DNA from: Methanomicrobia archaeon
Lineage (GTDB): Archaea > Halobacteriota > Bog-38 > Methanoflorentales > Methanoflorentaceae
Reading direction: 5' to 3'
Length of the DNA: 64,000 nucleotides
NCBI GenBank assembly: GCA_015661395.1
Contig: JACWML010000004.1
Span: forward strand, 4,910-68,909
Shown here: positions 47,541 through 57,263 of the stretch, piece by piece
Layout of the letters: each line of letters begins with the position of its first letter
How positions within the stretch are numbered: the first letter of the stretch is position 1
Made by a program: the position numbers and the translations under genes
Notes under the pieces: generated by a model
Seen by the model: the letters and a program-made list of their open reading frames with translations, nothing else
What the model was told of the DNA's origin: nothing
The model's database searches: none

Positions 47541-47789
47541 TCACCCCATTTTTGTGTCGATCACGAGACGGTAGGATACGGCTTCGTCCGCCGTCAGACT
47601 CCGGCGTTTTATTCGTATTACGTTATCTTTTTTCGCTGCAATTTCTTTGCACGCGGGATCTGTTACCGATATTTTAGGCAGTTGCTTGAGCTCGATGCTG
47701 TATCGCGCTAGCAACTCGTGCACTTCTTCGTCAGACATGATGAAGTGCTCAGGTACCATTTCATGCTTTATAACATTCAGGTTTTTCAT
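47541..47789 (-). CDS. rpoH: DNA-directed RNA polymerase subunit H
   Basis: MKNLNVIKHEMVPEHFIMSDEEVHELL...LPKISVTDPA. The start was set at ATG 47789 (82 aa). Confidence 0.9.
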   Translation of the reverse strand: MKNLNVIKHEMVPEHFIMSDEEVHELLARYSIELKQLPKISVTDPACKEIAAKKDNVIRIKRRSLTADEAVSYRLVIDTKMG

Positions 47790-47941
47790 GCGCACCACCA
47801 AACTGCATCCGAGAGGGACAAAAGATGAGTGGATTCGAAATTCTACAAAGCAGATCTTTATTCTCCGAGCGTCGTTCAATCTGTTCTGTTATTGGCTACT
47901 TCGAGATTTGTTGCGTTTATCGTTTAGCCGGCAATTGAAGG

Positions 47942-48033
47942 CGGGCTCGAAGGGAGTTGAACCCTTGACCGCCTGGTATCTCTCCTTCTCCGGGTTAAAA
48001 GCCAGGTGCTCTGCCTAACTGAGCTACGAGCCC
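47942..48033 (-). tRNA. tRNA-Lys (anticodon UUU) with an 18-nt intron after position 37
   Basis: Hand-folded: GGGCTCG-TA-GCTC...GAGC-A-CCTGG-CTTTTA[ACCCGGAGAAGGAGAGAT]A-CCAGG-CGGTC-AAGGG-TTCAACT-CCCTT-CGAGCCC-G. Confidence 0.88.
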
Positions 48034-48262
48034 TCTATATACTTCGATACTGTACTCTAACAGGTCAACTACCATTCCACAATTAGCGATAGGAAAACCT
48101 CACCGCTCTTAATATAGGCTCGCTCAATTTAAACCTTTCCTCATCGGCGAACAGGCGCTTGGGGAGAATAACAGACTGTTTGTTTTCGCGAATGTTAAAT
48201 ATGCGGGACGTATATTAAAGTTTGGCTGACGACATTTTTCAAATCAGCATCGGTGGTCAATT

Positions 48263-49378
48263 ATGACTAAGGTAACAATAAGCTTGATAAAAGCGGACGT
48301 TGGAGGGTTTCCAGGACACGCGACCGTTCACCCACACCTCTGCCAAAAGGCAGAGGAGATTCTTAGAGAAGCTGTGCAAACAGGCATGATTTTGGATTTC
48401 AGGGTTATGGGTGTGGGCGATGACCTTGAGCTTCTTATGGGACACTCCAAAGGCGAAAATCATGCAGATGTGCACGAACTCGCCTGGAAGATTTTTACTA
48501 CCTGCACAGACGTTGCAAAAGTCCTGAAGCTGTATGGGGCCGGCCAGGACATGTTGAAAGACTCTTTTTCGGGGAACATACGCGGAATGGGCCCAGGTGC
48601 TACTGAAATGGAGTTCACAGAACGAACGGGCGAGCCTCTGATCGCCTTCATGATGGATAAGACCGAGCCTGGTGCTTTCAACCTTCCGGTTTATAAGATG
48701 TTTGCCGATCCATTCAACACTGCAGGACTTGTGATCGATCCTAGTATGCATCAGGGCTTCAGATTCGAGATATGGGATATTAAGGATCACACGCGCGTTT
48801 TCATGGATTGTCCGGCTGAGATGTATGATATGCTCGCACTAATCGGCGCAAAAAGCCGCTACGTCATAAAGCGGGTCTTCCCAAAAGAAGGGGGCAAATT
48901 GCCATCCGACGAACCGGTCGCAGCTGTGAGCACCGAAAAGCTGTTTGAAATCGCGGGCGAATACGTGGGTAAAGACGATCCAGTGGCGCTCGTGCGGTCT
49001 CAGTCTGGATTGCCAGCCCTCGGCGAGGTGCTGGAACCCTGGACGTTCCCACATCTCGTCAGTGGCTGGATGCGAGGCAGTCATAATGGCCCTGTCATGC
49101 CGGTCGCTTTTGAAAACGCAAAGTGCACTCGCTTTGATGGCCCTCCACGTGCTGTCGCCGCGGGATTTCAAATAGCTAACGGCAAGTTTGTTGGACCTGT
49201 CGATCTTTTCAATGATCCTGCGTACGATGCCGCGCGCGACGAAGCAAATCTGATAGCCAATTATATGAGGCGACATGGGCCCTTTGAGCCCCATAGGCTG
49301 CCACTTCAGGAGATGGAGTATACGACTCTCCCCAAAGTGCTCAGAAAGCTTGAGGGCAGGTTTGAGACCGTGGAATAA
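48263..49378 (+). CDS. fbp: fructose-1,6-bisphosphate aldolase/phosphatase (class V FBPase)
   Basis: MTKVTISLIKADVGGFPGHATVHP... is the characteristic N-terminus. 371 aa. Confidence 0.93.
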   Translation: MTKVTISLIKADVGGFPGHATVHPHLCQKAEEILREAVQTGMILDFRVMGVGDDLELLMGHSKGENHADVHELAWKIFTTCTDVAKVLKLYGAGQDMLKDSFSGNIRGMGPGATEMEFTERTGEPLIAFMMDKTEPGAFNLPVYKMFADPFNTAGLVIDPSMHQGFRFEIWDIKDHTRVFMDCPAEMYDMLALIGAKSRYVIKRVFPKEGGKLPSDEPVAAVSTEKLFEIAGEYVGKDDPVALVRSQSGLPALGEVLEPWTFPHLVSGWMRGSHNGPVMPVAFENAKCTRFDGPPRAVAAGFQIANGKFVGPVDLFNDPAYDAARDEANLIANYMRRHGPFEPHRLPLQEMEYTTLPKVLRKLEGRFETVE

Positions 49379-49642
49379 CGTGAACACGAATCGCCAGAAA
49401 CGACTATGGCGAACGTAGTTGAACGAACATCAGAGACGATGACGCCCAGATAGATCTGCGAGCGGCTGAAACTGTCGGCTCGGAGCAAAGCCGTCTTCTG
49501 CAGACGTTTCATAAGCTTTGCGTCGCCCGCTTAGAGGACGGAAGTCATTAAGTGTGTCGCATAGCTTAGTAGCAGAAGAACAAAGCGCAAATCGTCAATT
49601 ATCAGCCAACTGCGTTATTGCGCAGTGGCTGTGAGCAAATAA

Positions 49643-50632
49643 ATAGACTCGGGGGCGATCGATATCGAAGAAATATGGATTGAGAAATACCGTCCGCGCA
49701 AGCTAAGCCAAGTTGTTGGACAAGATCAAGTCGTAAAGAGACTTCAATCCTATGTCAAATTAGAGAACATGCCGCATCTGATGTTTGCAGGAGCAGCCGG
49801 CACGGGAAAAACCAGTGCGGCAATCGCCCTGGCACACGAACTCTACGGAGATGATTGGAGGAGCAACTTCACCGAGCTCAATGCTTCCGATGAACGTGGC
49901 ATTGAAGTTGTTCGCAACAAGATCAAGAACTTTGCCCGAACCGCTCCTGTTAGTGCGCCTTTCAAGATTATTTTTTTGGATGAGGCTGATTCGCTGACAC
50001 CTGACGCGCAATCGGCTTTGCGGAGGACTATGGAGAGCTTCAGCATGTCCTGTCGATTCATTTTGTCGTGTAACTATTCGAGCAAAATAATTGAACCAAT
50101 ACAATCCAGATGCGCTGTTTATCGTTTCAAACCACTTGGGGAAACCGAGCTGTCGGCACAGTTGAGATACATTGCCACGAAAGAGCAGTTAGAAATAAGC
50201 GACGAAGCTTTGGGCGCCATTAGTTATGTGGCCGCGGGAGATCTGCGTCGAGCCATTAACACACTGCAGTCGGCAGCGTCGATAAAAACAGAGATTGATC
50301 AGGAAACAATCTATCAAATTACAGCGACCCCCGACCCGCAAGCAATTGAGGAGCTTGTATGCGCTTCCATCGGAGGCAAGCTTAAACTTGCGCTGTCGTC
50401 GCTGGACGCTCTTCTTCTGGAACAAGGTTTTTCTGGAAGCGAAATTGTAGTACAAATCCACAAAGCGCTCTTAAACCTTGATATCTCTGACCAGACAAAA
50501 GTGCAGCTCATTAACAGTGTTGGAGAGATTGATTTTCGACTCAGTGAAGGGGCCGACGAAAGGATACAACTAGAGGCCCTCATAGCAGAATTCGTGCTTC
50601 TGAGTCAAAGAAATCAGCGTACCTCCACGTAG
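49643..50632 (+). CDS. rfcS: replication factor C small subunit (start codon unresolved)
   Basis: Walker A is GAAGTGKTS, the DEAD-like box is FLDEADSLT and the sensor region is SCNYSSKIIEPIQSRC. The conserved N-terminal EEIWIEKYRPRKLSQVVGQ lies upstream of the first ATG (49769). The frame is open only back to 49643 and contains no ATG, GTG or TTG. Confidence 0.85.
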   Translation: MDSGAIDIEEIWIEKYRPRKLSQVVGQDQVVKRLQSYVKLENMPHLMFAGAAGTGKTSAAIALAHELYGDDWRSNFTELNASDERGIEVVRNKIKNFARTAPVSAPFKIIFLDEADSLTPDAQSALRRTMESFSMSCRFILSCNYSSKIIEPIQSRCAVYRFKPLGETELSAQLRYIATKEQLEISDEALGAISYVAAGDLRRAINTLQSAASIKTEIDQETIYQITATPDPQAIEELVCASIGGKLKLALSSLDALLLEQGFSGSEIVVQIHKALLNLDISDQTKVQLINSVGEIDFRLSEGADERIQLEALIAEFVLLSQRNQRTST

Positions 50633-50641
50633 CACGAAGTG

Positions 50642-50684
50642 CTTGTGAAGCTGCTGCCCCGACAAGCGGTGCAAGTCTTTTTTG
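50642..50684 (+). terminator. hairpin plus T6 terminator candidate downstream of rfcS
   Basis: The stem cttgt...acaag is followed by gcaagtcttttttgcgg. Confidence 0.4.
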
Positions 50685-50938
50685 CGGAAGAGGGATAGTC
50701 AATTCGATTCTCACGGGATCTCCGCACTGGCGACGTTTAATTCGCCTGCGTTAGCGAGGCTTGAATGCTCGACGTGTTGAATGCCAGAGCGTCATCCAGC
50801 GTGGCGGTAGGTCAACTCTTTCTCGCGTAGATAAGCAAAACTTTCAGACGCAGTGACGCGGAAATCAGCCATACGAAAGCTTGAAATAAGGAATCTGCTA
50901 TAACAGCCCCTATCAAACATTAAGCAACGGGCTAACAC

Positions 50939-51322
50939 ATGAAGTGGCAAGGAAAATCTGTGCGCCGCAGCACCGGAGGCAGAGTCAAACACTCTGCCGG
51001 CAAGAGGAAACATGAGATGGGAAGAGAGTCGACGCTTACGCAGCTTGGAGAGACCAGAAAGAAGCAAGTTTCGGGATTCGGCGGCAACTTAAAGATACGG
51101 CTTCTCATGGGCGCTCATGTGAATGTGACTGATGCTTCGACAGGCAAGACGAGCAAAGCGGATATTCAGACGGTCGAACTTAACGCTGCAAATAGGAACT
51201 ACGTCCGGCGTAACATAATCACGAAAGGTGCAGTTGTTCAAACAACCTTAGGCAAAGCGAAAGTTACCAACCGACCTGGCCAGGACGGATCAATCAACGC
51301 GATTCTCCTTGCAGAACAATAG
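50939..51322 (+). CDS. rps8e: 30S ribosomal protein S8e
   Basis: MKWQGKSVRRSTGGRVKHSAGKRKHEMGRE. 127 aa. Confidence 0.93.
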   Translation: MKWQGKSVRRSTGGRVKHSAGKRKHEMGRESTLTQLGETRKKQVSGFGGNLKIRLLMGAHVNVTDASTGKTSKADIQTVELNAANRNYVRRNIITKGAVVQTTLGKAKVTNRPGQDGSINAILLAEQ

Positions 51323-51344
51323 TCATCCGAAACGACAAGAAATA

Positions 51345-51995
51345 CTAGTAGTTCAGAAGATCGTCGACAAGCTGACTTATCCCCTCACCCGTTCTTACGC
51401 TCATTGAGATTTGTTTGACCTGTGGGGCAATTCGCTTCATATCATTCTTCATACGTGCTACGCTCGCTCCGACTGCCTCCGCTAAGTCGATTTTGTTGAT
51501 AATCCCAATATCGCTGACCCTGAAGATCATGGGGTGTTTGTTCACGACGTCATCCCCCTCAGTGACACTTACAACTACAATTCTCGCATCAGTCCCAAGT
51601 TCAAAGTCCGTCGGACACACCATGTTTCCAACGTTTTCGATAAACAGAATGTCCAACTTTTTGAGAGGCAGTCTTTCAATGGCGTGGCTAACAAGATGTG
51701 CATCGAGGTGACATTCTGTTCCGGTGTTTAGGTTAACAACCGGGATATTGAGCGCCTTCATTCGAACAAAATCATCCTCGCCAGCAACGTCGCCTGCAAT
51801 CGCTCCGATTTGTAATCCTCGGCGCTCCAAGATTGGGGCAACCTTCTCGATAATTGACGTCTTTCCTGAGCCGATTGACCCCAGTATGTCGAACGCCCGG
51901 ATGTTATATCGTTTGAGCGCAGTTAAGTTCTGATTTGCCTCCTCCTTATTCTTTTTAAGAATATCCCTGCCTACCTCGATCTCCAGCTTGTGCAT
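51345..51995 (-). CDS. hypB: hydrogenase nickel-incorporation GTPase HypB
   Basis: GSIGSGKTS, ENVGNMVCP and NKIDL. The start was set at ATG 51995 (MHKLEIEVG). Confidence 0.85.
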   Translation of the reverse strand: MHKLEIEVGRDILKKNKEEANQNLTALKRYNIRAFDILGSIGSGKTSIIEKVAPILERRGLQIGAIAGDVAGEDDFVRMKALNIPVVNLNTGTECHLDAHLVSHAIERLPLKKLDILFIENVGNMVCPTDFELGTDARIVVVSVTEGDDVVNKHPMIFRVSDIGIINKIDLAEAVGASVARMKNDMKRIAPQVKQISMSVRTGEGISQLVDDLLNY

Positions 51996-52055
51996 AGTCT
52001 TTAATGTCTGTTTTGACAATATTAAAATATCTGTAACGCGGGATGCTATCAAACA

Positions 52056-52352
52056 ATGGCGAAGACTGCAAAAAGGGTCGTTTGGCCGGTCTACATCGAC
52101 GCGCATAAAACGCGAAAAGAAGGTCGAATCTTAGCCAAGGGAGATTCGGTAGGGGCGCCAGATATCAAGGAAATCGTTCGCGCGGCGCAGGAACTAGGAT
52201 TGAGTCCCACCTATGAAGATGAGAAAGCATATCCACGGCTTTGGTGGGAACACAAAGGGCGGTTGCTCATAGACGTCAATGGCGCAAAGCGAGAGGCGAT
52301 ACGGCAAATTGCGCGCGCGATAAAAGCATCGCGAGCTCCGCACGATTCTTGA
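52056..52352 (+). CDS. srp19: signal recognition particle protein SRP19
   Basis: VVWPVYIDAHKTRKEGRILAK...KAYPRLWWEHKGRL. 98 aa. Confidence 0.88.
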   Translation: MAKTAKRVVWPVYIDAHKTRKEGRILAKGDSVGAPDIKEIVRAAQELGLSPTYEDEKAYPRLWWEHKGRLLIDVNGAKREAIRQIARAIKASRAPHDS

Positions 52353-52358
52353 AGATAA

Positions 52359-52997
52359 ATGAACAAGCGAATAGAATTTCACACGCACACTATTCTGAGC
52401 GACGGTGCGCTTCTGCCGAGTGAACTCATAAGACGGGCGTATGTGGCAGATCACGAGGCCATTGCGCTAACAGATCACGTAGACTTCTCTAACATCGATT
52501 CAGTGATACGCGCAACAAAGCGAGCGGCGGAGGGATCCAGCGGGATCGAAGTTCTCGTTGGAGCTGAGATTACTCACGTCGTACCAGAAAAAATTCCCAA
52601 GCTTGTTGGGAAAGCGAAAGCGTTAGGTGCACAACTAGTAATCGTACACGGTGAGACCATCGCTGAGCCGGTGGCGCAAGGAACAAACAAGGCGGCTGCA
52701 GCTGTTAGCGATGTCAACATCATTGCACATCCAGGCCTCGTGAGCCAGGAAGATGTAGAGCTTGCGAATCAGAATGGAATCTATCTGGAGCTTACAGCCC
52801 GATGCGGCCACAACGTCACTAACGGCCACGTGGCTAAAATTGCCTCGAACCTCCTCGTAAACTCAGACTGCCACGGCACTGAGTTGCTGACGAATGCTGA
52901 GGCCGAACAGATCGCACGCGGGGCTGGTTTGAACGAAGACCACGCGCTGCGCTTAATTCGTCGAAATGCTACGTCCCTTCTCAACAAAATTTTATAA
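52359..52997 (+). CDS. PHP-domain (histidinol-phosphatase-like) metal-dependent phosphoesterase
   Basis: RIEFHTHTILSDGALLPSELIRRA...IALTDH and VHGE motifs. Confidence 0.7.
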   Translation: MNKRIEFHTHTILSDGALLPSELIRRAYVADHEAIALTDHVDFSNIDSVIRATKRAAEGSSGIEVLVGAEITHVVPEKIPKLVGKAKALGAQLVIVHGETIAEPVAQGTNKAAAAVSDVNIIAHPGLVSQEDVELANQNGIYLELTARCGHNVTNGHVAKIASNLLVNSDCHGTELLTNAEAEQIARGAGLNEDHALRLIRRNATSLLNKIL

Positions 52998-53060
52998 ATT
53001 TTCCCCAAACTTTAAATAGTTTGATATATCATATATATATGTAACGTTTGGGGTCAGGAT

Positions 53061-53291
53061 TTGAGAAGGGTAGGTACTGTAGTTCACGTATCGAGTCACG
53101 GCTATATTATTCTTAAAGCTGAATTCTTCCCAACGATTGATTCTCCGGTAGTAACGAAGCGAATGAAAAGAATTGGCACGGTGCATGACGTGTTTGGTCC
53201 AGTAACGTCGCCATATGTTTCTGTGAAGCCGTTTAAGAACCTTGCTCTCGCTAACTTGCGAGAACTCCGTGGCGAGAAGGTCTACATCTGA
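53061..53291 (+). CDS. gar1: H/ACA RNP component Gar1
   Basis: (M)[19 protein letters not shown]...[23 protein letters not shown] start. It lies directly upstream of tfb. Confidence 0.85.
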   Translation: MRRVGTVVHVSSHGYIILKAEFFPTIDSPVVTKRMKRIGTVHDVFGPVTSPYVSVKPFKNLALANLRELRGEKVYI

Positions 53292-53307
53292 GCTCAAAGG
53301 TGAATAT

Positions 53308-54306
53308 ATGGTTGAAGTAGAAAAAGAGCGGATAATAGAGCGCGCAAAAGCGCGAGAAGTTACAAAAGAGCGCCAGAAAGAGCTTGGAGAGTACGAGGAA
53401 TCGAAAGCTGTTTGCCCCGAATGCGGTTCGCGACAGCTAGTCCAAGACTACGAAAGAGCGGAGCTTGTATGCGACAAATGCGGTTTGGTTATTGATGAAG
53501 ATTTCATGGACATGGGTCCTGAATGGCGGGCATTTGATCACGATCAACGCATGAAAAGGAGCCGTGTGGGCGCCCCTATGACGTATACCATCCACGACAA
53601 GGGATTGTCCACGATGATAGACTGGCGAAACCGGGATTCGTACGGCCGATCTATCTCTTCCAAGAACAGGGCGCAACTCTATCGATTACGCAAATGGCAG
53701 CGACGAATTCGCGTGTCAAATGCTACAGAAAGAAACTTAGCGTTTGCCTTGTCTGAGCTTGACAGAATGGCGTCAGCGCTTGGGTTATCAAGAAATGTGA
53801 GGGAAACGGCTGCTGTCGTGTATCGAAAAGCAGTCGACAAGAATCTTATTCGAGGAAGAAGCATCGAAGGCGTTGCGGCTGCGGCTCTATACGCTGCGTG
53901 CCGTCAGTGCTCAGTTCCACGAACTCTCGACGAAATTGCAGAGGTTTCGCGGGTGAGTCGAAAAGAGATCGGAAGGACTTATAGATTCATTTCACGGGAA
54001 CTTGATCTGAAACTGACCCCGACATCGCCGATAGACTATGTACCGAGATTCTGTTCCGGCCTAAAGCTCAAGGGTGAAGTTCAATCCAAGGCGGTCGAAA
54101 TACTGAGACAAGCAGCGGAAAAAGAACTAACGAGCGGGCGAGGCCCGACAGGGGTCGCCGCCGCAGCTATCTATATAGCTTCGGTTATCTGCGGTGACAG
54201 GCGTACACAACGAGAGGTGGCTGACGTTGCCGGTGTAACCGAAGTAACAATTAGAAATCGTTACAAAGAACTGGCGGAGGAGCTGGATATTGAGATCCTA
54301 TTCTGA
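53308..54306 (+). CDS. tfb: transcription initiation factor IIB (TFB)
   Basis: Zinc ribbon CPECGS...CDKCGLVI, a B-finger/linker and two cyclin repeats. The start was set at ATG 53308, preceded by aaaggtga. Confidence 0.95.
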   Translation: MVEVEKERIIERAKAREVTKERQKELGEYEESKAVCPECGSRQLVQDYERAELVCDKCGLVIDEDFMDMGPEWRAFDHDQRMKRSRVGAPMTYTIHDKGLSTMIDWRNRDSYGRSISSKNRAQLYRLRKWQRRIRVSNATERNLAFALSELDRMASALGLSRNVRETAAVVYRKAVDKNLIRGRSIEGVAAAALYAACRQCSVPRTLDEIAEVSRVSRKEIGRTYRFISRELDLKLTPTSPIDYVPRFCSGLKLKGEVQSKAVEILRQAAEKELTSGRGPTGVAAAAIYIASVICGDRRTQREVADVAGVTEVTIRNRYKELAEELDIEILF

Positions 54307-54387
54307 GCCCGCTCCTTCTCTATATTTTTTCCGCTGACATCACCGGAGACTTCGATCAAGCACGAACATCCGCTTGAAGTTGGCAAG

Positions 54388-54397
54388 TTATTTAAAG
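54388..54397 (+). promoter_or_regulatory. TATA box candidate for tRNA-Ala
   Basis: ttatttaaag is centred about 27 nt upstream of the mature tRNA 5' end. Confidence 0.5.
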
Positions 54398-54418
54398 CCC
54401 GGCATCATTTAGCGTTCG

Positions 54419-54503
54419 GGGCTCGTAACTCAGGGGTAGAGTGCCACGTTCGCATCTCAGGAGAAAGACGTGGATGCCACGGGTTCGATTCCCGTCGAGT
54501 CCA
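54419..54503 (+). tRNA. tRNA-Ala (anticodon CGC) with a 13-nt intron after position 37
   Basis: Hand-folded: GGGCTCG...CGAGTCC-A with the G3:U70 alanine identity pair. The anticodon arm is CCACG-TTCGCA[TCTCAGGAGAAAG]A-CGTGG and the T-arm is ACGGG-TTCGATT-CCCGT. Confidence 0.88.
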
Positions 54504-54563
54504 TAGTTTCTGAGTGCTGTGCTCTCTTTTCCTATTTTTTGAGTCAGATGGACGCTTAAGAGG

Positions 54564-55457
54564 TTACGTCATGTGCTTTTTCACTATTGCTTTTGCTCGA
54601 GCTTCATCGACCCCGCAACAGATAAGATACTTTTCGAATTTTTCGTACAAGGAGAGACCCGAGTCATAGAAACGCACCACGAATTCCTCGTTTTCTAAGA
54701 GCTTGGCTGCTGAAGACTTTTCGTTCTCGCCGCTAAACTTCAAGCTTTCTAGGAAGTTTCGTACGTATCTTTTTTCGAGAGCTTTTATGTGTTCGATAAC
54801 GTAAAGCACGTCCTTCATTTCTTCCTGCAAAGCGTCGACCTGACTTTGAATGTTCTCTCTCATTATGATGTACGGACTCATCGCTCTCAGCGAGTTCAAG
54901 AGTAGCTCTTCTTCTTTGATTCTATCCTGAATGCCCTTGATAAGTTCGCTGATGTTTTTCTTGTATTTGTCTTTGTTATCGATCAATTGTCTCGAAGCTA
55001 ACTCGTTGTACAATTCCGGGTCTGGGCGGTCGAGCAGGTCGTTCAGTCGGTGCTTAATCGCGAGTTCCCTGACACCGGTGTAAACATAGCGTGCTCCGTC
55101 CCTCCTCACCTTCAGGAGTTCGAACCTCTCTCTGTTGAGATTTGCAACGGACCGATCCACGCGCTGAAAAAGGTCCTCAAAATCGCTGAGTGCAGCTTGT
55201 GCGTAATCATCGTCAATCAATTTGGAAAGAGCCTTTTGGTCGATGATGTGGACCTTTTGTTCAAGATTGGCCAAAGCTGTATCCAGCTTGTCGTACTTAT
55301 AAATGAGTCTCTCCATCTCGCTTTTCGGAACCTGCTCAAAAAGTTGATCGTTCACGGCATCGAGCAAAATCTCACGTGCCCGAATGCTGCCCAGTTGTTT
55401 CAGCTTGGCATAGTCATCTTCTGAGACTCTAATGTTGAAAATCTTGTCCTTGGCCAT
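54564..55457 (-). CDS. hypothetical coiled-coil protein (297 aa)
   Basis: Long ORF rich in charged and heptad-like segments. No family recognised. Confidence 0.6.
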   Translation of the reverse strand: MAKDKIFNIRVSEDDYAKLKQLGSIRAREILLDAVNDQLFEQVPKSEMERLIYKYDKLDTALANLEQKVHIIDQKALSKLIDDDYAQAALSDFEDLFQRVDRSVANLNRERFELLKVRRDGARYVYTGVRELAIKHRLNDLLDRPDPELYNELASRQLIDNKDKYKKNISELIKGIQDRIKEEELLLNSLRAMSPYIIMRENIQSQVDALQEEMKDVLYVIEHIKALEKRYVRNFLESLKFSGENEKSSAAKLLENEEFVVRFYDSGLSLYEKFEKYLICCGVDEARAKAIVKKHMT

Positions 55458-55747
55458 TATGTAAAACGTAAAACATTTTGGGCTAAATACCTATCGATTT
55501 CATCGATTGCTACGTTCAAATGTATGATATTGCCAGTGAGTCACAGTTTTTGCTCAGCTCAAACGTTCGCATTGCCTCCGATTCTTTTATATCGTAAGCC
55601 TTATGCTACTCATTACAGAGTTTCTTGCGAACGTGTGCAGTTGCTGCAACAGATCTTTTCGTCGTCGTTGTATTATAAGCCATAGACAAAATGGTTGCAG
55701 TGGGCGTTTTTGGCACAGCATGCGACAAGTCATGAAGGAATCAGTCA

Positions 55748-56326
55748 ATGTTAACTATCGGCGTAGTTGCTATTCAGGGTGCTGTTTCAGAGCATATAAC
55801 GGCTTTAGAAAAGTCCTCGAAGGATTTGGACTGCAAAATAGTGACGATAAAGCGGGCAGGCATTGTTCCACACTGTGACGGTTTGATAATTCCCGGCGGC
55901 GAAAGCACCACAATTTCAAGGATATTGCATTTTGAAGGGATTGATAAGGAGATACTTGAGAACAAGGGCATCCCTATGATGGGGACTTGCGCCGGCTTAA
56001 TTATCATGTCTGACTACAAAGATGAGCATGTGGAAGGTTTGGGACTTATAGACATGCAGGTCAAAAGAAACGCGTTTGGGAGACAAGCGGAGTCTTTTCA
56101 GGCCCCATTGACGGTGACAGTTTTCAATTCTCCGTTTGATGGTATATTCATTCGAGCTCCTGCGATTACGCAGGTCGGAGACGCAACTGACGTATTAGCT
56201 CGTTTCGAGAAGTACGGCGTTGCTGCGCAACAAGGAAACAAGCTCGCACTGGCGTTTCATCCAGAATTAGGCAATGATTTGAGATTTCACGAGTATTTTT
56301 TGAGGCTCCTTGATCTTCATAGGTGA
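55748..56326 (+). CDS. pdxT: pyridoxal 5'-phosphate synthase glutaminase subunit PdxT
   Basis: IGVVAIQGAVSEH, IIPGGESTT, GTCAGLI, RNAFGRQ and FHPEL. Confidence 0.92.
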   Translation: MLTIGVVAIQGAVSEHITALEKSSKDLDCKIVTIKRAGIVPHCDGLIIPGGESTTISRILHFEGIDKEILENKGIPMMGTCAGLIIMSDYKDEHVEGLGLIDMQVKRNAFGRQAESFQAPLTVTVFNSPFDGIFIRAPAITQVGDATDVLARFEKYGVAAQQGNKLALAFHPELGNDLRFHEYFLRLLDLHR

Positions 56327-56463
56327 GGAACTAAGCCAGCAATCTCGTGCGCATGAAAATACGGCCTGAAGACGCGCACGACCTCAATGAACAGACTAAG
56401 CTATTCCTGTAACTTGAAGGTCAAGGTAGGTCCGAAACGCTATTACTACCGTTTGCGAGGATT

Positions 56464-57158
56464 CTAGCGCGCGGCGCTTTGGGCGATCCTTCTTTTCACT
56501 CTTTCAAATGCCAGAATAGCTTTAGCTCTCACGTAAAGTTCATCGTCGTGGAAAGCTTCCATCAGGGGTTTTATACTCGTCGCGTCACCTACTTTGCCGA
56601 GAACTTCGGCTGCGCGCTCACGAACAAGTCCGTTTCGATCCTTCAGAGCTGCAATCAGCGGGTCAATCGCGGGCTCTCCGATCTTGCTCAACGCTTCGGC
56701 TGCGCGCTCACGAAGTCAATCGCGGGCTCTCCGATCTTGCTCAACGCTTCGGCTGCGCGCTCACGAACGAACCAGTCTTTGTCGCTCAAGACACTTATAA
56801 GGCTTTTGACGGCTCGCGGATCCTTGATTTGGCCGAGTGCCTTCACTGCAGTTGCTCGCACGAACCAATCTTGATCGGTCATTGCCTGTTGGAATACGTG
56901 TGTTGCGGGCTGTCCTATCTTCTCAAGCGCCAAAATAACGTTACTGCGCACTTCCCATCTTTCTTCCGTTAGCGCTGAGGCCAGAGGCTTAATCGCTGGC
57001 TCTCCAATTTTGCCTAGTGCTTCCGCCGCCCTCATCCTTGTTTGTGGGTTCTGTACTTCTGATAAAACAGCCATCAGTTGCTCGATCTCTTCTTCAGTCG
57101 GTGACAGGTTTTTGGCTTTCTTGATCCCCGCATTTTTACGGTTACTATGAGATGACAT
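56464..57158 (-). pseudogene. HEAT-like (PBS-lyase type) repeat protein gene frameshifted by a 53-bp tandem duplication
   Basis: Two ORFs (56688-57158 and 56464-56691) both carry VRxxAAxALGKIGEPAI repeat units. They join in frame (642 nt, 213 aa) if one 53-bp copy is removed: ...RAAEALSKIGEPAIDPLIAALKD... Confidence 0.75.
56662..56767. repeat. perfect tandem duplication, 2 x 53 bp
   Basis: gtcaatcgcgggctctccgatcttgctcaacgcttcggctgcgcgctcacgaa occurs at 56662-56714 and again, identically, at 56715-56767. I compared the two copies base by base. Confidence 0.95.
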
Positions 57159-57263
57159 GGCTCCGGAAACTTCTAATCAAAGACCATATGCAGCGCAGGT
57201 TTGCTGCGACCTATTTCGCTCGCTTAGGAGCGCTGATATCGCAGCTGGCCCCTACTTAAAGTC

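Noticed and set aside
40354-50632. I looked for inteins or other large insertions in the usual archaeal hosts (RFC small subunit, RpoA', RpoA'', EF-2).
   Set aside because: All have normal lengths and uninterrupted conserved motifs, and there are no Cys/Ser...HN splice-junction blocks.
50700-50745. ggatagtcaattcgattctcacgggatctccgca, containing a TTCGATTC T-loop-like string, upstream of rps8e.
   Set aside because: The flanking bases do not form a T-stem, and no acceptor or anticodon arms can be drawn.
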